This document shows positions 30,731 to 45,956 of a DNA stretch of 64,000 nucleotides, in pieces (position 1 is the stretch's first letter; each line of letters begins with the position of its first letter). Source of the stretch: Eledone cirrhosa (lineage: Eukaryota); NCBI GenBank assembly GCA_964016885.1, contig OZ024741.1:323330001-323394000 (forward strand), in the 5' to 3' direction. The notes beneath the pieces were generated by a model, which searched no databases, had not been told where the DNA came from, and worked only from the letters and a program-made list of their open reading frames with translations. A program made the position numbers and the translations under genes.

Positions 30731-31110
30731 ATAATTGTTTCTACTTTTGGCACAAGGCCAGCAATTATCCCAGTGTATTACTGGTACTTTATTTTATCGA
30801 CCCCGTAAGGATGAAAGGCAAAGTTAACCTCGGCGGAATTTGAACTCCGACCATAAAGGGCCGTAACTCTTTGCTACAAAGCATGGCGTCCGACTCTCTA
30901 CTGATACTGCCAATCCACTGCCCTTAGTTAGAAATATAATAATTGTTTCTACTTTAGGCACAAGGCCAGCAATTACCCAGTGCATTACTGGTACTTTATT
31001 TTATCGACCCCGTAAGGATGAAAGGCAAAGTCAACCTCGGCGGGATTTGAACTCAGATCGTAAAGGGACGTAACTATGGCGTCCGACCCTCTACCGATAC
31101 TGCCAATCCA
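30731..31110 (-). mobile_element. Two tandem tRNA-derived SINEs (30731-30916, 30938-31110)
   Basis: Same SINE family. Confidence 0.85.
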
Positions 31111-31294
31111 CCGCCCTTATTAGAAATATAATAATAAGTTAGAAATATAATAATAAAAGGTGTTTCATAAAAACAAAACAAAAACACTTGTAGGTTCTGA
31201 ATATGTTAGAAGTGAAATAATTAGTGGTAGGAATAAGTGAAGGCAACTGGCATAATGTAGTCTAAAAAAAGTCTGTCTTAACCCAGAAGGCTCA

Positions 31295-31461
31295 TTTGGC
31301 CGGTGCTTATCCCAGTTTCATGGCGTGAAGCGACTGAGAGTATAATACTCCCCCCTGGACAGGACGCCAGTCCATTGCAGGGTTAAACCCCCAGCTATTG
31401 CTGGTACTCATTCTCAGCTGAGTATACTGAAGTAACGTGAAATGAAGTGTTTTGTTCAAGG
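31295..31461 (-). mobile_element. CORE/V-domain-like SINE fragment truncated by the satellite
   Basis: Minus strand TCCTTGAACAAAACACTT..AATGAGTACC..CCCTGCAATGGACTGGCGTCCTGTCCAGGG. Confidence 0.6.
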
Positions 31462-34400
31462 AATGTGTAGTAATGTGTAGTAATGTGTAGTTATGTGTAG
31501 TAATGTGTAGTAATATGTAGTAATATGTAGTAATGTGTAATAATATGTAGTAATATGTAGCAATATCTAGCAATATGTAGTAATGTGTAGTAATGTGTAG
31601 TAATATGTAGTAATGTGTAGTAATGTATAGTAATATGTAGTAATGTGTAGTAAAATATAGTAATATGTAGTAATATGTAGTTATGTGTAGTAATGTGTAG
31701 TAATGTGTAGTAAAATGTAGTAATATGTAGTAATGTGTAGTAATGTGTAGTAATGTGTAGTAATGTGTAGCAATGTGTAGTAATATGTAGTAATGTGTAG
31801 TAATGTATAGTAATATGTAGTAATGTGTAGTAAAATATAGTAATATGTAGTAATATGTAGTAATATGTAGTTATGTGTAGTAATGTGTAGTAATGTGTAG
31901 TAATGTGTAGTAATGTGTAGAAATATGTAGTAATGTGTAGTAATGTGTAGTATTGTGTAGTAATATGTAGTAATGTGTAGTAATGTGTAGTAATGTGTAG
32001 TAATATGTAGTAATGTGTAGTAATATGTAGTAATGTGTAGTAATGTGTAGTAATGTGTACTAATATGTAGTAATGTATAGTAATGTGTAGTAATATGTAG
32101 TAATATGTAGTAATGTGTAGTAATGTGTAGTAATGTTTAGTAATATGTTGCAATATGTAGTAATATATAGTAATGTGTAGTAAAGTGTAGTAATGTGTAG
32201 TAATGTGTAGTAATATGTAGTAATGTGTAGTAATGTGTAGTAATGTGTAGTAATGTGTAGCAATGTGTAGTAATGTATAGTAATATGTAGTAATGTGTAG
32301 TAATATGTAGTAATGTGTAGTAATATGTAGTAATGTGTAGTAATGTGTAGTAATATGTAGTAATATGTAGCAATATGAAGTAATATGTAGTAATGTGTAC
32401 TAATATGTAGTAATGTGTAGTAATGTGTAGTAATGTGTAGTAATATGTAGTAATATGTAGCAATGTGTAGTAAAATGTAGTAATATGTAGTAATGTGTAG
32501 TAATATGTAGTAATGTGCAGTAATATGTAGTAATATGTAGTAATGTGTAGTAATGTGTAGTAATATGTAGTAATGTGTAGTAATATTTAGTAATGTGTAG
32601 TAATATGTAGTAATATGTAGTAATTTGTAGTAATGTGTAGTAATGTGTAGTAATGTGTAGTAATATGTAGTAATTTATAACAATATGTAGTAATATGTAG
32701 TAATGTGTAGTAATGTGTAGTAATATGTAGTAATGTGTAGTAATGTGTAGTAATATGTAGTAATGTGTAGTAATGTGTAGTAATGTGTTGTAATGTGTAG
32801 TAATATGTAGCAATATATAGTAATATGTAGTAATATGTAGTAATGTGTAGTAATGTGTAGTAATGTATAGCAATATGTAGTAATCTGTAGTAATGTGTAG
32901 TAATATGTAGTAATATGTAGTAATATGTAGCAATATGTAGCAATATCTAGTAATATCTAGTAATATGTAGTAATGTGTAGTAATGTGTAGTAATGTATAG
33001 TAATATGTAGTAATGTGTAGTAAAATATAGTAATATGTAGTAATATGTAGTTATGTGTAGTAATGTGTAGTAATGTGTAGTAATGTGTAGTAAAATGTAG
33101 TAATGTGTAGTAATGTGTAGTAATGTGTAGTAATGTGTAGTATTGTGTAGTAATGTGTAGTAATATGTAGTAATATGTAGTAATGTGGAGTAATGTGTAG
33201 TAATGTGTAGTAATGTGTAGTAATGTATAGTAATATGTAGTAATGTGTAGTAAAATATAGTAATATGTAGTTATGTGTAGTAATGCGCAGTAATGTGTAG
33301 TAATGTGTAGTAAAATGTAGTAATATGTAGTAATGTGTAGTAATGTGTAGTAATGTGTAGTAATGTGTAGTAATGTGTAGTAATATGTAGTAATTTGTAG
33401 TAATATGTAGTAATATGTAGCAATATGTAGTAATGTGTAGTAATGTGTAGTAATATGTAGTAATGTGTAGTAATCTGTAGTAATGTGTAGTAATATGTAG
33501 TAATGTGTAGTAATGTGTAGTAATGTGTAGTAATATGTAGTAATGTGTAGTAATGTGTAGTAATGTGTAGTAATGTGTAGTAATATGTAGTAATGTGTAG
33601 TAATAGGTAGTAATGTGTAGTAATGTGTAGTAATGTGTAGTAATGTGTACTAATATGTAGTAATGTATAGTAATGTGTAGTAATATGTAGTAATATGTAG
33701 TAATGTGTAGTAATGTGTAGTAATGTGTACTAATATGTAGTAATGTATAGTAATGTGTAGTAATATGTAGTAATATGTAGTAATGTTTAGTAATATGTTG
33801 CAATATGTAGTAATATATAGTAATGTGTAGTAATGTGTAGTAATGTGTAGTAATGTGTAGTAATATGTAGTAATGTGTAGTAATGTGTAGTAATATGTAG
33901 TAATGTGTAGCAATGTGTAGTAATGTATAGTAATATGTAGTAATGTGTAGCAATATGTAGTAATGTGTACTAATATGTAGTAATGTGCAGTAATGTGTAG
34001 TAATGTGTAGTAATATGTAGTAATGTGTAGTAATGTGTAGTAATGTGTAGTAATGTGTAGTAATATGTAGTAATATGTAGCAATATGAAGTAATATGTAG
34101 TAATGTGTACTAATATGAAGTAATGTGTAGTAATGTGCAGTAATATGTAGTAATGTGTAGTAATGTGTAGTAATGTGTAGTAATATGTAGTAATATGTAG
34201 TAATATGTAGTAATGTGTAGTAAAATGTAGTAATATGTAGTAATGTATAGTAATATGTAGTAATGTGTAGTAATATGTAGTAATATGTAGGAATGTGTAG
34301 TAATATGTAGTAATGTGTAGTAATGTGTAGTAATATGTAGTAATGTGTAGTAATATGTAGTAATGTGTAGTAATGTGTAGTAATGTATAGTAATGTGTAG

Positions 34401-37400
34401 TAATGTATAGTAATGTGTAGTAATATGTAGTAATATGTAGTAATGTGTAGTAATGTGTAGTAATGTGTAGTAATGTGTAGTAATATGTAGTAATTTATAG
34501 CAATACGTAGTAATATGTAGTAATGTGTAGTAATGTGTAGTAATATGTAGTAATGTGTAGTAATGTGTAGTAATATGTAGTAATGTGTAGTAATGTGTAG
34601 TAATGTGTAGTAATGTGTAGTAATATGTAGCAATATATAGTAATATGTAGTAATATGTAGTAATATGTAGTAATGTGTAGTAATATGTAGTAATGTGTAG
34701 TAATGTGTAGTAATATGTAGTAATGTGTAGTAATATGTAGTAATGTGTAGTAATGTGTAGTAATATGTACTAATGTGTAGTAATGTGTAGTAATGTGTAG
34801 TAATGTGTAGTAATATGTAGCCATATATAGTAATATGTAGTAATATGTAGTAATGTGTAGTAATGTGTAGTAATGTGTAGTAATATGTAGTAATTTATAG
34901 CAATATGTAGTAATATGTAGTAATGTGTAGTAATGTGTAGTAATGTGTAGTAATATGTAGCAATATGTAGTAATTTGTAGTAATGTGTAGTAATGTGTAG
35001 TAATGTGTAGTAATGTGTAGTAATGTGTAGTAATATGTAGTAATCTGTAGCAATATGTAGTAATGTGTAGTAATGTGTAGTAATGTGTAGTAATGTGTAG
35101 TAATGTGTAGTAATATGTAGTAATGTGTAGTAATATGTAGTAATGTGTAGTAATATGTAGTAATGTGTAGTAATGTGTAGTAATATGTAGTAATGTGTAG
35201 TAATGTGTAGTAAAATGTAGTAATATGTAGCAATATGTAGTAATTTGTAGTAATGTGTAGTAATGTGTAGTAATATGTAGTAATGTGTAGTAATGTGTAG
35301 TAATATGTAGTAATGTGTTGTAATATGTATTAATATGTAGTAATGTGTAGTAATGTGTAGTAATGTGTAGTAAAATATAGTAATATGTAGTAATATGTAG
35401 TAATATGTAGTAATATGTAGTAATGTGTAGTAATGTGTAGTAATGTGTAGTAATGTGTAGTAATATGTAGTAATATGTAGTAATGTGTAGTAATGTGTAG
35501 TAATGTGTAGTAATGTGTAGTAATATGTAGTAATGTGTAGTAAAATGTAGTAATATGTAGTAATTTGTAGTAATGTGTAGTAATGTGTAGTAATATGTAG
35601 TAATGTGTAGTAATATGTAGTAATCTGTAGCAATATGTAGTAATGTGTAGTAATGTGTAGTAATGTGTAGTAATGTGTAGTAATATGTAGTAATGTGTAG
35701 TAATATGTAGTAATGTGTAGTAATGTGTAGTAATGTGTAGTAATATGTAGTAATGTGTAGTAATATGTAGTAATGTGTAGTAATGTGTAGTAATATGTAG
35801 TAATGTGTAGTAATGTGTAGTAATATGTAGTAATGTGTAGTAATGTGTACTAATATGTAGTAATGTATAGTAATGTGTAGTAATATGTAGTAATATGTAG
35901 TAATGTGAAGTAATGTGTAGTAATGTGTAGTAATATGTAGCAATATATAGTAATATATAGTAATGTGTAGTAATATGTAGTAATCTGTAGTAATGTGTAG
36001 TAATGTGTAGTAATATGTAGTAATGTGTAGTAATATGTAGTAATGTGTAGTAATGTGGAGTAATATGTAGTAATTTGTAGTAATGTGTAGTAATGTGTAG
36101 TAATATGTAGTAATGTGTAGTAATATGTAGTAATGTGTAGTAATATGTAGCAATATGTAGTAATATATAGTAATGTGTAGTAATGTTTAGTAATGTGTAG
36201 TAATGTGTAGTAATATGTAGTAATGTATAGTAATATGTAGTAATATATAGCAATATGTAGTAATATGTAGTAATTTGTAGTAATATGTAGTAATGTGTAG
36301 TAATGTGTAGTAATGTGTAGTAATGTGTAGTAATATGTAGTAATATGTAGTAATGTGTAGTAATATGTAGCAATATCTAGTAATATGTAGTAATGTGTAT
36401 TAACGTGTAGTAATGTGTAGTAATGTGTAGTAATGTGTAGTAATATGTAGTAATATGTAGCAATATGAAGTAATATGTAGTAATGTGTACTAATATGAAG
36501 TAATGTGTAGTAATGTGCAGTAATATGTAGTAATGTGTAGTAATGTGTAGTAATGTGTAGTAATATGTAGTAATATGTAGTAATATGTAGTAATGTGTAG
36601 TAAAATGTAGTAATATGTAGTAATGTATAGTAATATGTAGTAATGTGTAGTAATATGTAGTAATATGTAGGAATGTGTAGTAATATGTAGTAATGTGTAG
36701 TAATGTGTAGTAATATGTAGTAATGTGTAGTAATGTGTAGTAATATGTAGTAATGTGTAGTAATATGTAGTAATGTATAGTAAAATGTAGTAATATGTAT
36801 TAATGTGTAGTAATGTGTAGTAATGTGTAGTAATGTGTAGTAATATGTAGTAATGTGTAGTAATGTGTAGTAATGTATAGTAATGTGTAGTAATGTATAG
36901 TAATGTGTAGTAATATGTAGTAATATGTAGTAATGTGTAGTAATGTGTAGTAATGTGTAGTAATGTGTAGTAATATGTAGTAATTTATAGCAATACGTAG
37001 TAATATGTAGTAATGTGTAGTAATGTGTAGTAATATGTAGTAATGTGTAGTAATGTGTAGTAATATGTAGTAATGTGTAGTAATGTGTAGTAATGTGTAG
37101 TAATGTGTAGTAATATGTAGCAATATATAGTAATATGTAGTAATATGTAGTAATATGTAGTAATGTGTAGTAATATGTAGTAATGTGTAGTAATGTGTAG
37201 TAATATGTAGTAATGTGTAGTAATATGTAGTAATGTGTAGTAATGTGTAGTAATATGTACTAATGTGTAGTAATGTGTAGTAATGTGTAGTAATGTGTAG
37301 TAATATGTAGCCATATATAGTAATATGTAGTAATATGTAGTAATGTGTAGTAATGTGTAGTAATGTGTAGTAATATGTAGTAATTTATAGCAATATGTAG

Positions 37401-40400
37401 TAATATGTAGTAATGTGTAGTAATGTGTAGTAATGTGTAGTAATATGTAGCAATATGTAGTAATTTGTAGTAATGTGTAGTAATGTGTAGTAATGTGTAG
37501 TAATGTGTAGTAATGTGTAGTAATATGTAGTAATCTGTAGCAATATGTAGTAATGTGTAGTAATGTGTAGTAATGTGTAGTAATGTGTAGTAATGTGTAG
37601 TAATATGTAGTAATGTGTAGTAATATGTAGTAATGTGTAGTAATATGTAGTAATGTGTAGTAATGTGTAGTAATATGTAGTAATGTGTAGTAATGTGTAG
37701 TAAAATGTAGTAATATGTAGCAATATGTAGTAATTTGTAGTAATGTGTAGTAATGTGTAGTAATATGTAGTAATGTGTAGTAATGTGTAGTAATATGTAG
37801 TAATGTGTTGTAATATGTATTAATATGTAGTAATGTGTAGTAATGTGTAGTAATGTGTAGTAAAATATAGTAATATGTAGTAATATGTAGTAATATGTAG
37901 TAATATGTAGTAATGTGTAGTAATGTGTAGTAATGTGTAGTAATGTGTAGTAATATGTAGTAATATGTAGTAATGTGTAGTAATGTGTAGTAATGTGTAG
38001 TAATGTGTAGTAATATGTAGTAATGTGTAGTAAAATGTAGTAATATGTAGTAATTTGTAGTAATGTGTAGTAATGTGTAGTAATATGTAGTAATGTGTAG
38101 TAATATGTAGTAATCTGTAGCAATATGTAGTAATGTGTAGTAATGTGTAGTAATGTGTAGTAATGTGTAGTAATATGTAGTAATGTGTAGTAATATGTAG
38201 TAATGTGTAGTAATGTGTAGTAATGTGTAGTAATATGTAGTAATGTGTAGTAATATGTAGTAATGTGTAGTAATGTGTAGTAATATGTAGTAATGTGTAG
38301 TAATGTGTAGTAATATGTAGTAATGTGTAGTAATGTGTACTAATATGTAGTAATGTATAGTAATGTGTAGTAATATGTAGTAATATGTAGTAATGTGAAG
38401 TAATGTGTAGTAATGTGTAGTAATATGTAGCAATATATAGTAATATATAGTAATGTGTCGTAATATGTAGTAATCTGTAGTAATGTGTAGTAATGTGTAG
38501 TAATATGTAGTAATGTGTAGTAATATGTAGTAATGTGTAGTAATGTGGAGTAATATGTAGTAATTTGTAGTAATGTGTAGTAATGTGTAGTAATATGTAG
38601 TAATGTGTAGTAATATGTAGTAATGTGTAGTAATATGTAGCAATATGTAGTAATATATAGTAATGTGTAGTAATGTTTAGTAATGTGTAGTAATGTGTAG
38701 TAATATGTAGTAATGTATAGTAATATGTAGTAATATATAGCAATATGTAGTAATATGTAGTAATTTGTAGTAATATGTAGTAATGTGTAGTAATGTGTAG
38801 TAATGTGTAGTAATGTGTAGTAATATGTAGTAATATGTAGTAATGTGTAGTAATATGTAGCAATATCTAGTAATATGTAGTAATGTGTAGTAATGTGTAG
38901 TAATATGTAGTAATATGTAGTAATGTGTAGTAGTATGTAGTAATGTGTAGTAATATGTAGTAATGTGTAGTAATGTATAGTAAAATGTAGTAATGTGTAG
39001 TAATGTGTTATAATGTGTAGTAATATGTAGTAATGTGTAGTAATGTGTAGTAATGTGTAGTAATATGTAGTAATATGTAGTAATTTGTAGTAATGTGTAG
39101 TAATGTGTAGTAATGTGTAGTAATGTGTAGTAATGTGTAGTAATGTGTAGTAATGTGTAGTAATGTGTAGTAATATGTAGTAATTTATAGCAATATGTAG
39201 TAATGTGTAGTAATGTGTAGTAATGTGTAGTAATGTGTAGTAATGTGTAGTAATATGTAGTAATGTGTAGTAATATGTAGTAATGTGTAGTAATATGTAG
39301 TAATGTGTAGTAATGTGTAGTAATATGTAGTAATGTGTAGTAATGTGTAGTAAAATGTAGTAATATGTAGCAACATGTAGTAATTTGTAGTAATGTGTAG
39401 TAATGTGTAGTAATGTGTAGTAATATGTAGTAATGTGTAGTAATGTGTAGTAATATGTAGTAATGTGTAGTAATGTGTAGTAATGTGTAGTAAAATGTAG
39501 TAATATGTAGTAATTTGTAGTAATATGTAGTAATGTGTAGTAATGTGTAGTAATGTGTAGTAATGTGTAGTAATATGTAGTAATGTGTAGTAATGTGTAG
39601 TAATATGTAGTAATGTGTAGTAAAATGTAGTAATATGTAGTAATTTGTAGTAATGTGTAGTAATGTGTAGTAATATGTAGTAATGTGTAGTAATATGTAG
39701 TAATCTGTAGCAATATGTAGTAATGTGTAGTAATGTGTAGTAATATGTAGTAGTGTGTAGTAATGTGTAGTAATATGTAGTAATTTGTAGTAATGTGTAG
39801 TAATGTGTAGTAATATGTAGTAATGTGTAGTAATATGTAGTAATGTGTAGTAATATGTAGTAATGTGTAGCAAAATGTAGTAATATGTAGTAATTTGTAG
39901 TAATGTGTAGTAATGTGTAGTAATATGTAGTAATGTGTAGTAATATGTAGTAATCTGTAGCAATATGTAGTAATGTGTAGTAATGTGTAGTAATGTGTAG
40001 TAATGTGTAGTAATGTGTAGTAATATGTAGTAATGTGTAGTAATATGTAGTAATGTGTAGTAATGTGTAGTAATGTGTAGTAATGTGTCGTAATATGTAG
40101 TAATATGTAGTAATGTGTAGTAATGTGTACTAATATGTAGTAATGTATAGTAATGTGTAGTAATATGTAGTAATGTAGTAATGTGTAGTAATGTGTAGTA
40201 ATGTGTAGTAATGTGTAGTAATATGTAGTAATCTGTAGCAATATGTAGTAATGTGTAGTAATGTGTAGTAATGTGTAGTAATGTGTAGTAATGTGTAGTA
40301 ATATGTAGTAATCTGTAGCAATATGTAGTAATGTGAGAGTCGGCTTTATTCGTAGTGATTTTTTGGGGCGGTGTTAACTTTAACATGTGTAGTAATGTGT

Positions 40401-43400
40401 AGTAATGTGTAATAATGTGTAGTAATGTGTAGTAATATGTAGTAATGTGTAGTAATATGTAGTAATGTGTAGTAATATGTAGCAATATGTAGTAATATAT
40501 AGTAATGTGTAGTAATGTGTAGTAATGTGTAGTAATGTGTAGTAATATGTAGTAATGTGTAGTAATGTGTAGTAATATGTAGTAATTTGTAGTAATATGT
40601 AGTAATGTGTAGTAATGTGTAGTAATGTGTAGTAATGTGTAGTAATGTGTAGTAATGTGTAGTAATATGTAGTAATATGTAGTAATGTGTAGTAATATGT
40701 AGCAATATCTAGTAATATGTAGTAATGTGTAGTAATGTGTAGTAATATGTAGTAATGTGTAGTAATATGTAGTAATGTGTAGTAATGTATAGTAAAATGT
40801 AGTAATGTGTAGTAATATGTAGTAATGTGTAGTAATATGTAGTAATATGTAGTAATGTGTAGTAATGTGTAGTAATATGTAGTAATGTGTAGTAATGTGT
40901 AGTAATGTGTAGTAATGTGTAGTAATATGTAGTAATATGTAGTAATATGTAGTAATATGTAGTAATGTGTTGCAATATGTAGTAATATGTAGTAATCTGT
41001 AGCAATATGTAGTAATGTATTATAATGTGTAGTAATATGTAGTAATGTGTAGTAATGTGTAGTAATGTGTAGTAATATGTAGTAATGTGTAGTAATATGT
41101 AGTAATGTGTAGTAATGTGTAGTAATGTGTAGTAATATGTAGTAATATGTAGTAATGTGTTGTAAAATGTAGTAATATGTAGTAATGTGTAGTAATATGT
41201 AGTAATGTGTAGTAATATGTAGTAATGTGTAGTAATGTGAAGTAATGTGTAGTAATGTGTAGTAATATGTAGCAATATATAGTAATATATAGTAATGTGT
41301 CGTAATATGTAGTAATCTGTAGTAATGTGTAGTAATGTGTAGTAATATGTAGTAATGTGTAGTAATATGTAGTAATGTGTAGTAATGTGGAGTAATATGT
41401 AGTAATTTGTAGTAATGTGTAGTAATGTGTAGTAATATGTAGTAATGTGTAGTAATATGTAGTAATGTGTAGTAATATGTAGCAATATGTAGTAATATAT
41501 AGTAATGTGTAGTAATGTTTAGTAATGTGTAGTAATGTGTAGTAATATGTAGTAATGTATAGTAATATGTAGTAATATATAGCAATATGTAGTAATATGT
41601 AGTAATTTGTAGTAATATGTAGTAATGTGTAGTAATGTGTAGTAATGTGTAGTAATGTGTAGTAATATGTAGTAATATGTAGTAATGTGTAGTAATATGT
41701 AGCAATATCTAGTAATATGTAGTAATGTGTAGTAATGTGTAGTAATATGTAGTAATATGTAGTAATGTGTAGTAGTATGTAGTAATGTGTAGTAATATGT
41801 AGTAATGTGTAGTAATGTATAGTAAAATGTAGTAATGTGTAGTAATGTGTTATAATGTGTAGTAATATGTAGTAATGTGTAGTAATGTGTAGTAATGTGT
41901 AGTAATATGTAGTAATATGTAGTAATTTGTAGTAATGTGTAGTAATGTGTAGTAATGTGTAGTAATGTGTAGTAATGTGTAGTAATGTGTAGTAATGTGT
42001 AGTAATGTGTAGTAATATGTAGTAATTTATAGCAATATGTAGTAATGTGTAGTAATGTGTAGTAATGTGTAGTAATGTGTAGTAATGTGTAGTAATATGT
42101 AGTAATGTGTAGTAATATGTAGTAATGTGTAGTAATATGTAGTAATGTGTAGTAATGTGTAGTAATATGTAGTAATGTGTAGTAATGTGTAGTAAAATGT
42201 AGTAATATGTAGCAACATGTAGTAATTTGTAGTAATGTGTAGTAATGTGTAGTAATGTGTAGTAATATGTAGTAATGTGTAGTAATGTGTAGTAATATGT
42301 AGTAATGTGTAGTAATGTGTAGTAATGTGTAGTAAAATGTAGTAATATGTAGTAATTTGTAGTAATATGTAGTAATGTGTAGTAATGTGTAGTAATGTGT
42401 AGTAATGTGTAGTAATATGTAGTAATGTGTAGTAATGTGTAGTAATATGTAGTAATGTGTAGTAAAATGTAGTAATATGTAGTAATTTGTAGTAATGTGT
42501 AGTAATGTGTAGTAATATGTAGTAATGTGTAGTAATATGTAGTAATCTGTAGCAATATGTAGTAATGTGTAGTAATGTGTAGTAATATGTAGTAGTGTGT
42601 AGTAATGTGTAGTAATATGTAGTAATTTGTAGTAATGTGTAGTAATGTGTAGTAATATGTAGTAATGTGTAGTAATATGTAGTAATGTGTAGTAATATGT
42701 AGTAATGTGTAGCAAAATGTAGTAATATGTAGTAATTTGTAGTAATGTGTAGTAATGTGTAGTAATATGTAGTAATGTGTAGTAATATGTAGTAATCTGT
42801 AGCAATATGTAGTAATGTGTAGTAATGTGTAGTAATGTGTAGTAATGTGTAGTAATGTGTAGTAATATGTAGTAATGTGTAGTAATATGTAGTAATGTGT
42901 AGTAATGTGTAGTAATGTGTAGTAATGTGTCGTAATATGTAGTAATATGTAGTAATGTGTAGTAATGTGTACTAATATGTAGTAATGTATAGTAATGTGT
43001 AGTAATATGTAGTAATGTAGTAATGTGTAGTAATGTGTAGTAATGTGTAGTAATGTGTAGTAATATGTAGTAATCTGTAGCAATATGTAGTAATGTGTAG
43101 TAATGTGTAGTAATGTGTAGTAATGTGTAGTAATGTGTAGTAATATGTAGTAATCTGTAGCAATATGTAGTAATGTGAGAGTCGGCTTTATTCGTAGTGA
43201 TTTTTTGGGGCGGTGTTAACTTTAACATGTGTAGTAATGTGTAGTAATGTGTAATAATGTGTAGTAATGTGTAGTAATATGTAGTAATGTGTAGTAATAT
43301 GTAGTAATGTGTAGTAATATGTAGCAATATGTAGTAATATATAGTAATGTGTAGTAATGTGTAGTAATGTGTAGTAATGTGTAGTAATATGTAGTAATGT

Positions 43401-44883
43401 GTAGTAATGTGTAGTAATATGTAGTAATTTGTAGTAATATGTAGTAATGTGTAGTAATGTGTAGTAATGTGTAGTAATGTGTAGTAATGTGTAGTAATGT
43501 GTAGTAATATGTAGTAATATGTAGTAATGTGTAGTAATATGTAGCAATATCTAGTAATATGTAGTAATGTGTAGTAATGTGTAGTAATATGTAGTAATGT
43601 GTAGTAATATGTAGTAATGTGTAGTAATGTATAGTAAAATGTAGTAATGTGTAGTAATATGTAGTAATGTGTAGTAATATGTAGTAATATGTAGTAATGT
43701 GTAGTAATGTGTAGTAATATGTAGTAATGTGTAGTAATGTGTAGTAATGTGTAGTAATGTGTAGTAATATGTAGTAATATGTAGTAATATGTAGTAATAT
43801 GTAGTAATGTGTTGCAATATGTAGTAATATGTAGTAATCTGTAGCAATATGTAGTAATGTATTATAATGTGTAGTAATATGTAGTAATGTGTAGTAATGT
43901 GTAGTAATGTGTAGTAATATGTAGTAATGTGTAGTAATATGTAGTAATGTGTAGTAATGTGTAGTAATGTGTAGTAATATGTAGTAATATGTAGTAATGT
44001 GTTGTAAAATGTAGTAATATGTAGTAATGTGTAGTAATATGTAGTAATGTGTAGTAATATGTAGTAATGTGTAGTAATGTGTAGTAATATGTAGTAATAT
44101 GTAGTAATGTGTAGTAATGTGTAGTAATATGTAGTAATGTGTAGTAATATGTAGTAATGTGTAGTAATATGTAGTAATGTGTAGTAAACTGTAGTAATAT
44201 GTAGTAATGTGTAGTAATATGTAGTAATGTGTAGTAATATATAGTAATGTGTAGTAATGTGTAGTAATATGTAGTAATATGTAGTAATGTGTAGTAATGT
44301 GTAGTAATATGTAGTAATGTGTAGTAATATGTAGTAATGTGTAGCAATATGTAGTAATGTGTAGTAATGTGTAGTAATATGTAGTAATATGTAGGAATGT
44401 GTAGTAATATGTAGTAATGTGTAGTAATGTGTAGTAATATGTCGTAATGTGTAGTAATATGTAGCAATATCTAGTAATATGTAGTAATGTGTATTAACGT
44501 GTAGTAATATGTAGTAATGTGTAGTAATGTGTAGTAATATGTAGTAATGTGTAGTAATGTGTAGTAATATGTAGTAATGTGTAGTAATATGTAGTAATAT
44601 GTAGTAATGTGTAGTAATGTGTAGTAATATGTAGTAATGTGTAGTAATGTGTAGTAATGTGTAGTAATATGTAATAATATGTAGTAATGTGTAGTAATAT
44701 GTAGTAATGTGTAGTAATATGTAGTAATGTGTAGTAATATGTAGTAATGTGTAGTAATGTGTAGTAATATGTAATAATGTGTAGTAATATGTAGGAATGT
44801 GTAGTAATGTATAGTAATATGTAGTAATGTGTAGTATTGTGTAGTAATGTGTAGTAATGTGTAGTAATGTGTAGTAATGTGTA
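31462..44883. repeat. 13.4-kb 10-bp satellite with higher-order duplications
   Basis: (TAAT[A/G]TGTAG)n; variant strings recur at 2490- and 2842-bp offsets. Confidence 0.98.
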
Positions 44884-44884
44884 C

Positions 44885-45956
44885 TGAGGTGTAGAAAAGA
44901 ATTTTTTCAGAGCTGCTTTAATGTTTATATTGGCTCCTTGGTACATGCCGGTGTTACTGCCGGTGGTGTTGAAGGACATACCAATTACTCTATCTTCAAT
45001 TCTGAGTAATTGAATTTCCTTCAAAACAACTTCAGCGACTGGTCGTCCGGTTACATCTCTTGTAATAGGAACACATAAGAGCTCCTCCTCCTCTTTCCCC
45101 CGTAACTAAAACTTCAATCCGATCTTCGAATGTGCTAGATCGGGAAGCCGATAGTAATAATTCTCTATCCCAGTGGACGACGAGCCAAAATATGTTTTCA
45201 GGTGGGAAAGTGGATAACTCGGTTTCTCACAGTGAATGGTTCTTGCTCGATAAACAGTTGAGTATGAAACCGAAAGTTCAGACACATCATGACCAAGACT
45301 CTCCGCAATTGCAATGTTAGAAGTCCTTGCTTGTCGTACCGATAGTTTCTCACGTTCCCACGTGTGGCGTTGAGAGTCGGCTTTATTCGTAGTGATTTTT
45401 TGGGGCGGTGTTAACTTTAACATTTCCTTATCATCATCACGCATAGCTGAGCTGGATGACAAATTTCAAGAGCTACTTCTCGGACATCTTGATTCCTTCA
45501 TCTTTTTCTTTTTCTTACTTTCATATCGTGAATCCTCTTTTCTTTCTTCTGAATTGTTCTCGCATATTCTGCTTCGACAGCAGCCAGAGACGAAGGCATT
45601 CGATCTACCTGCCGTATCTCAAAGAAAGCTTTGTCTTCAGATGGGACATCCTTTCGTTCGAGAACGTCCTGACTTGCAATATCAAAAATTTCCTCAAGAT
45701 CACCTATCCAAATTTTACACTTTGCAATTGCTTTGTCAGTCATCCTTGATTTTTCTTTTTGCAGTCCTTATACAATTTATCGATTGAAGTGCAGATGTTT
45801 TTTTTTCCATATTGGTTGGGATATTTGTTTTTTTACGATAACTGAAATCTCTTCGAGTTCGATTTGATGGAAGAGTAAACAACAGCACTTGATGTTTGGT
45901 GGCAAGTCGAATCTGAGGTAACTACCCCTCGGGATTTTTTTCAAGCTCGTTTCCAT
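44885..45956 (-). pseudogene. Decayed DNA transposase, hATm-like; 3' part replaced by satellite
   Basis: LEEIFDIA..EDKAFF, YSTVYRAR, LVVHWD, LLCVP, VIGMSFNTTGSNTG motifs across frameshifts. Confidence 0.7.

Noticed and set aside
31307-44880. Long LLHITTHYY ORFs
   Set aside because: Translation of the 10-bp satellite, open in all three minus frames
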